Source of the DNA: Lacinutrix sp. MedPE-SW
GTDB lineage: Bacteria > Bacteroidota > Bacteroidia > Flavobacteriales > Flavobacteriaceae
Direction of reading: 5' to 3'
DNA length: 64,000 nt
Assembly (NCBI RefSeq): GCF_001874145.1
Contig: NZ_MPCX01000006.1
Coordinates: 110,961 to 174,960 of the forward strand
Positions 47,815 through 58,773 of the stretch are shown here, in pieces. Each line of letters starts with the position of its first letter. Positions within the stretch are counted from its first letter, which is position 1. A program made the translations under genes and the position numbers. The notes beneath the pieces were generated by a model. The model saw nothing but the letters and a program-made list of their open reading frames with translations, ran no database searches and was not told the origin of the DNA.

Positions 47815-49098
47815 ATGAACATACCTAAGTCTAGTTTTCCACGAGTTATAATTATTGGTGGAGGTTTTGCTGGCATTGCTTTAGCAAAAAAATTATCTAA
47901 ACAAGAAGTACAAGTTGTACTTTTAGATAAACACAATTACCATACGTTTCAACCTTTATTATATCAAGTGTCTACAGGTGGTTTAGAGCCAGACTCTATT
48001 GCTTACCCAATACGTAAAGTGTTACAGGATTTCCCTAATTTCTTTTTTAGACTCGCAAATGTTTTAGAGATAGATACCAAAAACAATACTGTTATCACCA
48101 ATATAGGTGACTTAAAGTTTGATTATTTGGTAGTAGCTTCTGGATCTAAAACCAATTATTTTGGTAATACATCCATTAAAGAAAATAGTATGGAGATGAA
48201 AACCGTACCGCAAGCTTTAAACTTAAGAAGTTTAATTCTTGAAAATTTTGAGGATGCATTATTAACATCAGATTTAAACGAGAGAAATGCTTTAATGAAT
48301 TTTGTAATTGTTGGAGCAGGACCAACAGGAGTAGAACTTGCTGGTGCTTTAGCCGAAATTAAAAAAGGAATATTGCCTAAAGATTACCCAGATTTAGATA
48401 CGCGTCTAGCGCAAATTAATTTAATTCAGTCTGGAGATAAAATTTTAAAAACCATGAGTGCCAAAGCTTCTAAAAAGGCAGAAGATTTTTTAGAGAATTT
48501 AGGAGTTCATGTTTGGAAAAATATTAGAGTTACAGGATACGATGGAAAAACAGTTACTACAAATAGCGATTTAACTTTTGATGCTGCTACGGTAGTTTGG
48601 GCGGCTGGTGTAAAAGGCGCAACTATTAAAGGCTTAGATGCAGAACAGTTTGTAACTAGAGGAAATAGAATTATTGTAAATGAATTTAATCAAGTAAAAG
48701 GGTGTGATAACGTTTTTGCAATTGGCGATGTAGCACAAATGGAAACAGAAACTGTACCATTTGGTCACCCAATGATGGCACAACCGGCGATACAACAAGG
48801 TAAATTATTAGGAGAAAATTTATTAAAGTTGTTAGAAAGTAAACCTATGACACCTTTTGTGTATAATGATAAAGGTTCTATGGCAACAATAGGCAGAAAC
48901 AAGGCTGTTGTAGATTTGCCAAAATTTAAATTTCAAGGTGTTTTTGCTTGGTTTGTATGGATGTTTGTACACCTGTTTTTTTTAATAGGTTTTAGAAACC
49001 GAATGGTTGTTTTTATAAATTGGGTTTATAATTATATTAGGTTTGATAGAGAAGCACGCTTAATAATTAGGCCGTTTAAAAAGGAATTAAAATCTTAA
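47815..49098 (+). CDS. ndh: type II NADH:quinone oxidoreductase (NDH-2)
   Basis: Two dinucleotide motifs (IIGGGFAG, VGAGPTGVE) and a C-terminal membrane-anchor helix. Confidence 0.8.
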   Translation: MNIPKSSFPRVIIIGGGFAGIALAKKLSKQEVQVVLLDKHNYHTFQPLLYQVSTGGLEPDSIAYPIRKVLQDFPNFFFRLANVLEIDTKNNTVITNIGDLKFDYLVVASGSKTNYFGNTSIKENSMEMKTVPQALNLRSLILENFEDALLTSDLNERNALMNFVIVGAGPTGVELAGALAEIKKGILPKDYPDLDTRLAQINLIQSGDKILKTMSAKASKKAEDFLENLGVHVWKNIRVTGYDGKTVTTNSDLTFDAATVVWAAGVKGATIKGLDAEQFVTRGNRIIVNEFNQVKGCDNVFAIGDVAQMETETVPFGHPMMAQPAIQQGKLLGENLLKLLESKPMTPFVYNDKGSMATIGRNKAVVDLPKFKFQGVFAWFVWMFVHLFFLIGFRNRMVVFINWVYNYIRFDREARLIIRPFKKELKS

Positions 49099-49101
49099 GT
49101 T

Positions 49102-49632
49102 TTATTGTTTTGGTTTGCTGAATTTTTCTGCATTAAATTGGTCTGATTGTCCTTTGGGTATAGATAAACTCTGCCATGATTCATTTTTAATTTGCTTTCC
49201 AATATGTGCTATTTGCCCAATATGGTAACTATAATGCCCTAATTGTCTAAAAATAGCTTCGGCTACCAAATGACTTTCATTTCTAATATAAACTGTTTTA
49301 TTTAAATCGTCGTTGTTTAAAGGCGTAATTGCATTAAAAAGGCAAGTCCATCCTTTATTCCAATCGGCTAATAATTGTTCTTTTGTAGTATAAGTAGCTT
49401 GAAATTCCTGCTCACGTTGTCTCCAGGTTTTTTCGCCATCTTCGGTTAAAAAATTAGTCCAACGGCTTAACATATTACCAACCATGTGTTTTACTATTAT
49501 TGAAACACTGTTAGAATTGTCGTGAGATTGCCAGTTTATTTCATTAAAAGACAACTGCTGGAGAGTTTTATCTCCAGCAGTTTTATAATAGTTAAACTGT
49601 TTTATTATACTGGTTATATAGTTGTTATTCAT
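49102..49632 (-). CDS. DinB/DUF1572-family protein
   Basis: Four-helix-bundle-like protein with conserved His residues (HMVGN, HYSYHIGQ). Confidence 0.55.
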   Translation of the reverse strand: MNNNYITSIIKQFNYYKTAGDKTLQQLSFNEINWQSHDNSNSVSIIVKHMVGNMLSRWTNFLTEDGEKTWRQREQEFQATYTTKEQLLADWNKGWTCLFNAITPLNNDDLNKTVYIRNESHLVAEAIFRQLGHYSYHIGQIAHIGKQIKNESWQSLSIPKGQSDQFNAEKFSKPKQ

Positions 49633-50020
49633 TTTTAAAATCTACACTAGCGCTATTTACACAAAATCTTGTTCCGGTTTCTGTAGGACCATCGTTAAAA
49701 ACATGACCTAAATGTCCGCCACAATTTGAGCATACAATCTCGGTTCTAATCATGCCATGGCTTTTATCTAGAATATTTGTAATACTACCAGGAATAGCTT
49801 CATCAAAACTTGGCCAACCACAATTTGATTCAAATTTACTATCGCTTTCAAATAGCTGTTGGTTACAAGCTGCACAATGGTAAGCTCCAGACTCAAAATG
49901 CAAATTGTATTTTCCTGTATGTGGCATTTCGGTGCCTTTTTTTCTTAAAATACGATATTGCTCATCTGTTAGCTCTTTACGCCATTGCTCTTCAGTTTTA
50001 TTTACTTTAAATTCTTTCAT
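49625..50020 (-). CDS. msrB: peptide-methionine (R)-S-oxide reductase MsrB (cytoplasmic form)
   Basis: Two CxxC zinc motifs (CAAC, CSNC), GHLGHVF and catalytic RFCVNS. Confidence 0.9.
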   Translation of the reverse strand: MKEFKVNKTEEQWRKELTDEQYRILRKKGTEMPHTGKYNLHFESGAYHCAACNQQLFESDSKFESNCGWPSFDEAIPGSITNILDKSHGMIRTEIVCSNCGGHLGHVFNDGPTETGTRFCVNSASVDFKNE

Positions 50021-50499
50021 TATTTTTCTGGTATAAAATTTAATGCCACGCCATTAATACAATGTCTTTTTCCGGTAGTGTCTCTAGGACCGTCGTTAAA
50101 TACATGTCCTAAGTGACCACCACATGTTGCACAATGCTCTTCGGTTCTAGCATGACCTAGTTTGTAATCTACAGAAAAATCTACATTTCCTTTAATTTCT
50201 CTATCAAAACTTGGCCAACCGGTACCAGAATCAAATTTATGTTCACTTTTAAATAATGGTGTTTCACAAGCAGCACAAACATAAGTTCCTGCTCTGTATT
50301 CTTTATTTAATTTACTAGAAAAAGGTCTTTCGGTTCCAGCTTCTCTTAGTACTTTAAATTCACTTTCTGTTAATTCATTCTTCCATTCCTGTTCAGTTTT
50401 AGAAACTTCGTAAACTTTATTTTCTTTGGTTTTGTCTTGGGCAGTGCCATTACAATTAAATAGGATAACAGAAATGGCAAGTAATAACAATTTTTTCAT
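50020..50499 (-). CDS. msrB: MsrB paralogue with signal peptide (exported form)
   Basis: N-terminal signal peptide then a complete MsrB domain (CAAC, CATC, GHLGHVF, RHCING). Confidence 0.85.
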   Translation of the reverse strand: MKKLLLLAISVILFNCNGTAQDKTKENKVYEVSKTEQEWKNELTESEFKVLREAGTERPFSSKLNKEYRAGTYVCAACETPLFKSEHKFDSGTGWPSFDREIKGNVDFSVDYKLGHARTEEHCATCGGHLGHVFNDGPRDTTGKRHCINGVALNFIPEK

Positions 50500-50664
50500 A
50501 ATAACTTTAAATTAGTTTAAATTATTAGTCGTTAAATAAATAAAATCTTAATGTAGAATGCGTTAATCATTTCATAATTTTTTAAAAACTTATTATATTT
50601 TACTTTTTTCTGTACTAATTATTTAAATTAGTAGTCCAACTACAATTTTATATAAAAAACCAGA

Positions 50665-52068
50665 ATGAACATATTTCACATTAGCGCAGAGTGTTACCCA
50701 ATTGCAAAAATAGGTGGTCTGGCCGATGTTGTTGGAGCACTACCAAAATATCAAGCTAATAAAAATGTAAGTGCAAGTGTTTTAATGCCATTTTATAACA
50801 ATACTTTTACACAAGCACATACATTTACTTCAATTTATAATGGCACGATTACTTTAGGTTATGAAGAATTTGATTTTAGAGTATTAAAGGTAAATGAAGA
50901 TGTTTTAGAGTTTCCTGTTTGCTTTGTGGATGTTCCAGAATTACTTTACAAAAGCTTTGTTTATTCTTATGATGATGCTAAGCGTTTTTTAGCTTTTCAA
51001 ATAGCATGCTTAGATTGGATGCTAACTTTGGATAATAGACCAACAATTATACATTGTCATGATCACCATACTGGACTAATTCCATTTATGGCTCAAGAAT
51101 GTTATAAATATGAAGAATTAAATACTATTCCTGTAATTACAACCATACATAACGCACAATACCAAGGTTGGTTTAATTATGATAAATTTCACCTCATTCC
51201 AAAATTTAATAACGAAAATTCTGGTCTTTTAGATTGGGACGGACAAATAAATCCTCTTGCTGCTGCTATTAAATGCGCATGGCGAGTGACCACTGTATCT
51301 CCAACTTATATGGAGGAATTAAAACAGAATGCAAATGGATTAGAAACCTTACTTAATAACGAAAGGAATAAATGTATTGGTATTTTAAACGGAATTGATA
51401 CTAAGGTGTGGAATCCTGAAACTGATAGTTTTATAGTTGAAAATTTTAGTAAAACTACTGTGCAGTCTGGAAGAGCGGCAAATAAAAAATGGATTTGTGA
51501 TACTTATAACTTAGATATTAATAAACCATTATTTGCTTTTATTGGTAGGCTAGTAGGTGAAAAAGGAGCAGATTTATTACCTGAAGCTCTAAAAATAGCT
51601 CTAGAATCTAAACAATGTAATGTTTTGGTTTTAGGTTCTGGAGAAAAACAAAGAGAAGAAGCGTTAGAGGCTATAAAAGTAAATAACAAAGGGTTTTATA
51701 ATACTTATATAGGTTATGATGAAAAACTTTCACATATAATTTATGCTGGAACAGATTTTTTATTAATGCCATCTCGTGTAGAACCTTGTGGTTTAAACCA
51801 AATGTATGCACTTAGATATGGCGCAATACCAATTGTAAGAAGTATTGGAGGTTTAAAAGATACTGTAATAGATATATCTAATAATGGTTTTGGTATATGC
51901 TTTAATACACTTACTGTTAAAAATATAGTAGATAGTATTTTTAGAGGTATTGCACTTTACGAAAACCAAAATAAATTTAAAGACATTAGAAAATCCATAA
52001 TGACTATTGATCATTCATGGGATAAATCGGCAAAAGACTATTTAAACCTATACCAATCCATAAACTAA
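50665..52068 (+). CDS. glgA: glycogen synthase
   Basis: GT5 N-terminus ISAECYPIAKIGGLADVV and C-terminal SRVEPCGLNQMYALRYG. Confidence 0.85.
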   Translation: MNIFHISAECYPIAKIGGLADVVGALPKYQANKNVSASVLMPFYNNTFTQAHTFTSIYNGTITLGYEEFDFRVLKVNEDVLEFPVCFVDVPELLYKSFVYSYDDAKRFLAFQIACLDWMLTLDNRPTIIHCHDHHTGLIPFMAQECYKYEELNTIPVITTIHNAQYQGWFNYDKFHLIPKFNNENSGLLDWDGQINPLAAAIKCAWRVTTVSPTYMEELKQNANGLETLLNNERNKCIGILNGIDTKVWNPETDSFIVENFSKTTVQSGRAANKKWICDTYNLDINKPLFAFIGRLVGEKGADLLPEALKIALESKQCNVLVLGSGEKQREEALEAIKVNNKGFYNTYIGYDEKLSHIIYAGTDFLLMPSRVEPCGLNQMYALRYGAIPIVRSIGGLKDTVIDISNNGFGICFNTLTVKNIVDSIFRGIALYENQNKFKDIRKSIMTIDHSWDKSAKDYLNLYQSIN

Positions 52069-52074
52069 AAAACT

Positions 52075-53340
52075 ATGATTAATGACAAAGTACTCTCAAT
52101 TATTCTAGGTGGTGGCCAAGGCTCAAGATTGTATCCATTAACCGAAGCGCGCTCTAAACCAGCCGTGCCAATTGCAGGTAAATACCGTTTGGTAGACATA
52201 CCAATATCTAATTGTATAAATTCAGATATTAAGCGCATGTTTGTATTAACACAATTTAATTCGGCGTCATTAAATAGGCATATTAAAAATACGTTTCATT
52301 TTAGTTTTTTTAGTTCGGCATTTGTAGATGTATTAGCAGCAGAACAAACACCAGAAAATAAAGGTTGGTTTCAAGGAACAGCAGATGCTGTTAGGCAAAG
52401 TATGCATCATTTTTTAAGGCATGATTTTGAGTATGCTTTAATACTCTCTGGAGATCAATTATATCAAATGGATTTTAATGATATGATAAATGCTCATATA
52501 GAGGCTAATGCCAAAATATCTATAGCAACAATACCTGTAAATGAAAAAGATGCAACCTCTTTTGGAATTTTAAAAACCGATGAAAATAATATTATAACCT
52601 CATTTATAGAAAAACCAGATGCTTCATTGCTTCCAGATTGGACGTCGCAAACTAGTGAAGACATGCAAAAACAAGGTAAAAACCATTTAGCATCAATGGG
52701 AATTTATATTTTTAACAGAGATTTGTTAGTTGATTTAATGAATGATGAATCAACCATAGATTTTGGTAAAGAAATCATTCCACAATCCATTAAAGAACAT
52801 AAAACATTAAGCTACCAATTTGAAGGATATTGGACAGATATAGGAAACATAGACTCCTTTTTTGAAGCTAATCTTGGACTAACAGATGAGATTCCAAAAT
52901 TTAACCTTTACGATGTAGCACAAAGAGTGTATACAAGAGCGAGAATTTTACCAACATCTAAAATATCTGGAACAGCTTTAGATAGAGCAGTAATAGCAGA
53001 AGGTTGTATTATTCATGCAGCAAAAATAGAAAAATCTGTAATTGGTATTCGATCTCGAATTGGAAAAGAATCTACGGTTATTAATACCTACATGATGGGT
53101 AATGATAAATATGAAACCTTAAATGAAATTGAAGCATCTAAAATAGAAACACTAATAGGTATTGGAGAACGCTGCTTTATAAAAAACTGCATTATAGATA
53201 AAAATGTAAAAATAGGTGATGATGTTAGAATTAACGGCGGTAGCCATTTAGAAGATATGGAAACCGATAAAGTGTTTATAAAAGAAGGAATAGTAGTTGT
53301 TAAAAAAGGAGCAATAATTCCAAAAGGATTCGTAATATAA
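52075..53340 (+). CDS. glgC: glucose-1-phosphate adenylyltransferase
   Basis: ILGGGQGSRLYPLT, KPAVP and FQGTADAV motifs plus a left-handed beta-helix C-terminus. Confidence 0.85.
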   Translation: MINDKVLSIILGGGQGSRLYPLTEARSKPAVPIAGKYRLVDIPISNCINSDIKRMFVLTQFNSASLNRHIKNTFHFSFFSSAFVDVLAAEQTPENKGWFQGTADAVRQSMHHFLRHDFEYALILSGDQLYQMDFNDMINAHIEANAKISIATIPVNEKDATSFGILKTDENNIITSFIEKPDASLLPDWTSQTSEDMQKQGKNHLASMGIYIFNRDLLVDLMNDESTIDFGKEIIPQSIKEHKTLSYQFEGYWTDIGNIDSFFEANLGLTDEIPKFNLYDVAQRVYTRARILPTSKISGTALDRAVIAEGCIIHAAKIEKSVIGIRSRIGKESTVINTYMMGNDKYETLNEIEASKIETLIGIGERCFIKNCIIDKNVKIGDDVRINGGSHLEDMETDKVFIKEGIVVVKKGAIIPKGFVI

Positions 53341-53344
53341 ACCT

Positions 53345-55252
53345 ATGGATAACGTATTAAACCATAGTCTTTTTACAGAGTTTGATGTTAATTTATTTAA
53401 AAGCGGAAAGCATTATAATTTATATAATAAGTTTGGCTCGCATATAATAACAAAAAATGGAGTAGAAGGCACCTACTTTTCTGTATGGGCTCCAAGTGCA
53501 AAGCAAGTTTCTGTAATAGGAGATTTTAATTTCTGGCAGGAAGGTGAACACAAATTAAATGTACGCTGGGACGAAAGTGGAATTTGGGAAGGTTTTATAC
53601 CTAATATTGGAAAAGGCACTACCTATAAATATAAAATTGAAAGTCATAACCAAGGTATTAAAACCGAAAAAGCAGATCCTTATGCACGTCGCTATGAGCA
53701 CAATCCTAAAACAGCATCAATTGTTTGGGAAGATAATTATAGCTGGAAAGACAAACAATGGCTATCTAACAGAAAACAAGTAAATGCTCTTAATGCGCCA
53801 TTCTCTGTATACGAAGTACACTTAGGTTCATGGAAAAAACAAATTGAAGAAAATAGGTTTTTATCATACTTAGAATTAGCAGAGCAATTAGTTACTTACG
53901 TAAAAGAAATGAACTTTACACATGTAGAGTTTATGCCAATTATGGAGTTTCCGTACGATCCTAGTTGGGGATATCAAATTACAGGATATTTTGCACCAAC
54001 TTCGCGTTTTGGTTATCCTGAAGAGTTTAAAGTATTAATAGATAAACTGCATCAAAATAATATAGGTGTAATTCTAGATTGGGTACCATCACACTTTCCA
54101 GAAGATGCACACGGCTTAGGTTTTTTTGATGGTACATGTTTATACGAGCATCCAGACAAGCGTAAAGGCTATCATCAAGACTGGAAAAGTTTAATATTTA
54201 ATTATGGCAGAAACGAAGTAAAGTCGTTTTTAATAAGTAATGCTATTTTTTGGTTAGAGCAATTTCATGTTGATGGTTTACGTGTAGATGCAGTAGCATC
54301 AATGTTGTTTTTAGATTATTCTAGAAAAGATGGCGAATGGGAACCTAATAAATTTGGAGGTCGAGAAAACTTAGAAGCTATTGCCTTTTTACAAGAAATG
54401 AACGAAGCAGTTTATAAATCTTTTCCAGATGTACAAACTATAGCCGAAGAATCTACATCGTTTCCAGGAGTTTCAAAACCTGTTTTCTTAGGAGGATTAG
54501 GTTTTGGTATGAAATGGATGATGGGATGGATGCACGATACCTTACAATATTTTGAAAAAGAGCCTATATATAGAAAACACCATCAAAACGATTTAACGTT
54601 TTCAATGACTTATGCATTTTCTGAAAACTTTATGCTACCACTTTCACATGATGAGGTTGTATATGGAAAACGCTCAATTTTAAGGCGTCAACCTGGAGAC
54701 GAGTGGCAAAGTTTTGCAAACTTAAGACTATTATATAGTTATATGTTTACACATCCAGGAACTAAATTATTGTTTCAAGGTGCAGAATTTGGTCAAAGTG
54801 AAGAATGGGATTTTCAAAATAGTTTAGATTGGCATTTAACACAATACAAACCACATAAAGGTGTACAACAGCTTATTAAAAATTTAAACACTTTTTATAA
54901 AACAGAACCAGCATTATATCAAAAACAATTTAGTAATGATGGGTTTGAGTGGATAGATTATAACGATGCAGAAAACTCGGTATTGGTATATATAAGAAAA
55001 GGAGAAGCAGAAAAAGAAAACTTAATTATTGTTTGTAACATGACGCCAATACCTCGAGAAAACTACCGTATTGGTCTACCAAAAAAAGGAAAACTAAAAG
55101 AAGTTTTTAATAGTGATAACTTAGAGTATTTTGGCTCAGGAAATTTTAAAAATAAAACACTTACTTCTCAAGCCATAACATCACATTTTAAAAAACATTC
55201 GGTAGCAATAATTATACCTCCATTAGCCATGATTGCTTTAAAATATTCTTAA
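53345..55252 (+). CDS. glgB: 1,4-alpha-glucan branching enzyme
   Basis: GH13 motifs DWVPSHF, GLRVDAVAS, AEEST and SHDEV. Confidence 0.9.
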   Translation: MDNVLNHSLFTEFDVNLFKSGKHYNLYNKFGSHIITKNGVEGTYFSVWAPSAKQVSVIGDFNFWQEGEHKLNVRWDESGIWEGFIPNIGKGTTYKYKIESHNQGIKTEKADPYARRYEHNPKTASIVWEDNYSWKDKQWLSNRKQVNALNAPFSVYEVHLGSWKKQIEENRFLSYLELAEQLVTYVKEMNFTHVEFMPIMEFPYDPSWGYQITGYFAPTSRFGYPEEFKVLIDKLHQNNIGVILDWVPSHFPEDAHGLGFFDGTCLYEHPDKRKGYHQDWKSLIFNYGRNEVKSFLISNAIFWLEQFHVDGLRVDAVASMLFLDYSRKDGEWEPNKFGGRENLEAIAFLQEMNEAVYKSFPDVQTIAEESTSFPGVSKPVFLGGLGFGMKWMMGWMHDTLQYFEKEPIYRKHHQNDLTFSMTYAFSENFMLPLSHDEVVYGKRSILRRQPGDEWQSFANLRLLYSYMFTHPGTKLLFQGAEFGQSEEWDFQNSLDWHLTQYKPHKGVQQLIKNLNTFYKTEPALYQKQFSNDGFEWIDYNDAENSVLVYIRKGEAEKENLIIVCNMTPIPRENYRIGLPKKGKLKEVFNSDNLEYFGSGNFKNKTLTSQAITSHFKKHSVAIIIPPLAMIALKYS

Positions 55253-55371
55253 TATAATCTATTAATTTTGAGAATATTACAATTACATCGTTTTCGTTAA
55301 TAAATCAGTGTAACAATTATATATTTTAATAAGTTTTCCGTTTTTTTGTTATACCAAAAACCTCTATTTAT

Positions 55372-57777
55372 ATGATTGTAAATACCGAACTTGAACAAAA
55401 AGGAAATCTATTTCCTTCTAAAATAATAGCATTTAATAAAGATGTAGATACCTTATATTTTTCAACCGAAAATAGTGTAGTACTTCAGCTTACTATTTTT
55501 AGAGATAGTGTACTTCGTTTTAGGTATACAACCACAGGAACTTTTGAGAACGATTTTTCTTATGCTATTACAAAATATGCCAGTAAAGGGTACAATCATT
55601 TAGAAATTACAGAAAATGACGCTTACTATATTATAAGAACATCAAAACTTATTTGTAATGTAGCTAAGGCAAATTTAAGAATTTCAATCTATGATATTAT
55701 TGATGGCACTTTACTAAATGAAGATGAAATAGGTTTTCATTGGGAAGAAAGCTATGAGTATGGCGGTAATATTGTAAAAATGAGTAAAACCATTAATGAG
55801 CGTGAAAGCTATTTTGGTTTGGGTGATAAACCAGAACATTTAAATTTAAAAGGAAAACGTTTTGAAAACTGGGTGACAGACTCCTATGCGTTTGGTAAAG
55901 AAACAGATCCTATTTACAAGGCCATTCCTTTTTTTACAGGATTACACCATAATAAAGCATACGGTATCTTTTTCGATAATAGTTTTAGGTCATTTTTCGA
56001 TTTTGGGCAAGAACGAAGAAACGTAACAAGTTTTTGGGCACAAGGTGGAGAAATGAATTATTACTTTATTTATGGTCCAAAAATGAAAGATGTTGTAGAG
56101 AATTATACAGACCTAACAGGAAAGCCTCACCAACTGCCACCATTATGGGCTTTGGGCTTTCACCAATGTAAATGGAGCTATTATCCAGAAGCAAATGTAA
56201 AAGAAGTCACTAAAAAATTTAGAGATTTACAAATACCATGCGATGCTATATATTTAGATATAGATTATATGGATGGTTTTAGATGTTTTACATGGAATAA
56301 AGAATACTTTCCAGACCCTAAACGTATGGTTAAAGAACTGGCAGACGATGGTTTTAAAACCGTAGTAATTATAGATCCTGGTATTAAAATAGATAAAGAT
56401 TACGATGTTTTTGCAGAAGCTTTAGAGAAAGACTACTTCTGTCGTCGTGCAGATGGACCATACATGAAAGGAAAAGTTTGGCCAGGTGATTGTTATTTTC
56501 CAGACTTCACTAAACCAGAAGTTAGAGAATGGTGGGCAGGATTATTTAAAGAACTTATTGAGGAAATTGGTGTTAAAGGCGTATGGAATGATATGAACGA
56601 ACCAGCGGTTATGGAAGTGCCAAATAAAACATTTCCAAACGATGTAAGGCATGATTATGATGGTAACCCATGTAGCCATAGAAAAGCTCATAATGTTTAT
56701 GGAATGCAAATGGCTAGAGCCACATATCAAGGTTTAAAAAAGTTTAACTACCCTAAACGACCATTTGTAATTACAAGAGCAGCATATTCAGGAACACAAC
56801 GCTACACATCAACCTGGACAGGAGATAATGTTGCAACATGGGAACACTTATGGATTGCAAACGTACAAGCGCAACGTATGGCAATGTCTGGCTTTAGTTT
56901 TGCCGGAAGTGATATTGGTGGATTTGCAGAGCAGCCACAAGGCGAGTTATTTACACGTTGGATACAATTAGGTGTATTTCATCCGTTTTGCCGTGTACAT
57001 TCTTCTGGAGATCATGGTGATCAAGAACCTTGGGCTTTCGATGATGACGTAACAGATGTGGTTAGAAAGTTTATAAACCTACGTTATCAATTATTACCAT
57101 ATTTATATACTGCTTTTTGGAATTTAGTAGAACATGGAACACCAATTCTACAATCACTAGTACTTTTCGATCAAGAAGATAGCCAAACACATTATAGAAC
57201 AGACGAGTTTATATATGGAGATAAAATATTAGTATGTCCAATTCAAGAGCCAAATGCCAAAGGAAGACGTATGTATATTCCAAGAGGAAAATGGTATAAC
57301 TTATGGACAGATGAGGTAGTAGAAGGAGGCAAAGAAAAATGGGTTGATGCCGAAATAGATAGTATGCCAATTTTTATTAAAGAAGGTGCGGTAATACCAA
57401 AATACCCAATACAACAATATACAGGTGAAAAGAAAATAGAAGAGTTAACATTAGATGTGTATTATAAAGAAGGAAAAGAAAACTCTGAATTATATGATGA
57501 TGCACATGATGGATACGATTATACAAAAGGGCGTTATAGTTATAGAACCTTTAATTTAACAGGTAAAACTGAAGAATTAATAATACAGCAACATAAACAA
57601 GGTAAATTTATAACAGAGTATTCAACATTTAAAATAAACATACATGGTTTACCATTTGAAATAGGAGAAATACAAATAGATAATGTAACTGTTCCAATAC
57701 ATCAATTAATTATAAACGGAACCAGTGCTATGAGTATAGATAAAAACTTTACAGAAATACATATTATCGGTAAATAA
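55372..57777 (+). CDS. GH31 alpha-glucosidase
   Basis: GVWNDMNEP nucleophile motif and WTGDN motif. Confidence 0.85.
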   Translation: MIVNTELEQKGNLFPSKIIAFNKDVDTLYFSTENSVVLQLTIFRDSVLRFRYTTTGTFENDFSYAITKYASKGYNHLEITENDAYYIIRTSKLICNVAKANLRISIYDIIDGTLLNEDEIGFHWEESYEYGGNIVKMSKTINERESYFGLGDKPEHLNLKGKRFENWVTDSYAFGKETDPIYKAIPFFTGLHHNKAYGIFFDNSFRSFFDFGQERRNVTSFWAQGGEMNYYFIYGPKMKDVVENYTDLTGKPHQLPPLWALGFHQCKWSYYPEANVKEVTKKFRDLQIPCDAIYLDIDYMDGFRCFTWNKEYFPDPKRMVKELADDGFKTVVIIDPGIKIDKDYDVFAEALEKDYFCRRADGPYMKGKVWPGDCYFPDFTKPEVREWWAGLFKELIEEIGVKGVWNDMNEPAVMEVPNKTFPNDVRHDYDGNPCSHRKAHNVYGMQMARATYQGLKKFNYPKRPFVITRAAYSGTQRYTSTWTGDNVATWEHLWIANVQAQRMAMSGFSFAGSDIGGFAEQPQGELFTRWIQLGVFHPFCRVHSSGDHGDQEPWAFDDDVTDVVRKFINLRYQLLPYLYTAFWNLVEHGTPILQSLVLFDQEDSQTHYRTDEFIYGDKILVCPIQEPNAKGRRMYIPRGKWYNLWTDEVVEGGKEKWVDAEIDSMPIFIKEGAVIPKYPIQQYTGEKKIEELTLDVYYKEGKENSELYDDAHDGYDYTKGRYSYRTFNLTGKTEELIIQQHKQGKFITEYSTFKINIHGLPFEIGEIQIDNVTVPIHQLIINGTSAMSIDKNFTEIHIIGK

Positions 57778-57879
57778 TAGCCTTTTATAGAATAAATTTA
57801 TTGTATTTCGTTTTTAAAAATTAAGTTTTTAGTTAACTTTTACTAACTTGTAACAAACAATTATAAAATTAAAATTAAA

Positions 57880-58710
57880 ATGAAATTTAAATCAAGTATA
57901 ACTTTATTATTAACTGTAGGAATTTTTTTCTCATGTGCTACTAATCCGTTTACTGGAAAGAGTACATTAGCTTTAGTTGGTAATTCTCAGTTATTTCCAA
58001 CTGCTTTTGCACAATACAACCAGTTTTTAAGTGAAAATAATGTCGTTACAGGAACAAAAGAATCTGAAATGATTTCAAGAGTTGGACAACGTATAGCAGT
58101 AGCTGCAGAACGTTGGTTAAATGCCAATGGTCAACAAGGGTATTTAAACGATTATAAATGGGAGTATAATTTAGTTCAAGATAATACGGTAAATGCCTGG
58201 TGTATGCCAGGAGGAAAAATTGTATTCTATACAGGAATACTACCAGTAGCAGAAAATGAAGCTGCAATAGCTGCAATAATGGGACATGAAGTAGCTCATG
58301 CTTTAGCAAACCATGGTCAACAACGTATGAGTGCTGGAATTTTACAGCAAGTTGGAGGTGTAGCAGGTAATGTATTAATTAAAGATCAACAAACCTTAAA
58401 TATATTTAATCAAGCTTATGGTATTGGTTCTCAAGTAGGAGTCATGTTACCATTTAGTAGAAGTCATGAAACAGAAGCAGATAGAATAGGTTTAATATTA
58501 ACAGCATTAGCAGGTTATAATCCAGATGAAGCCGCAAATCTATGGAGAAGAATGGGAGAAGCTAGTGGCGGTCAAGCACCACCAGAATTTTTAAGTACAC
58601 ATCCAGCAACAACAACTAGAATAGCTAATTTAGAGGCTTTAGCACCAACAGCAAAAGAGGAAGCTAGAAAATTTGGAGTACAATCTTTTAGACCTATTAC
58701 TAAGTTTTAA
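57880..58710 (+). CDS. M48 family metallopeptidase (lipoprotein)
   Basis: Lipobox FFSC; HEVAHAL zinc motif with downstream E. Confidence 0.8.
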   Translation: MKFKSSITLLLTVGIFFSCATNPFTGKSTLALVGNSQLFPTAFAQYNQFLSENNVVTGTKESEMISRVGQRIAVAAERWLNANGQQGYLNDYKWEYNLVQDNTVNAWCMPGGKIVFYTGILPVAENEAAIAAIMGHEVAHALANHGQQRMSAGILQQVGGVAGNVLIKDQQTLNIFNQAYGIGSQVGVMLPFSRSHETEADRIGLILTALAGYNPDEAANLWRRMGEASGGQAPPEFLSTHPATTTRIANLEALAPTAKEEARKFGVQSFRPITKF

Positions 58711-58741
58711 CAATAAGTCATTTATTATTATTATTTTCGAA

Positions 58742-58763
58742 GCCACTTACCAAAATAAGTGGC
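58742..58763 (+). terminator. terminator after the M48 peptidase gene
   Basis: GCCACTTA-CCAAAA-TAAGTGGC followed by T7. Confidence 0.75.
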
Positions 58764-58773
58764 TTTTTTTATT

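Noticed and set aside
50665-57777. glgA-glgC-glgB-GH31 cluster as something unusual
   Set aside because: It is a standard glycogen synthesis and alpha-glucan utilisation gene set with intact motifs and nothing anomalous in the spacing.
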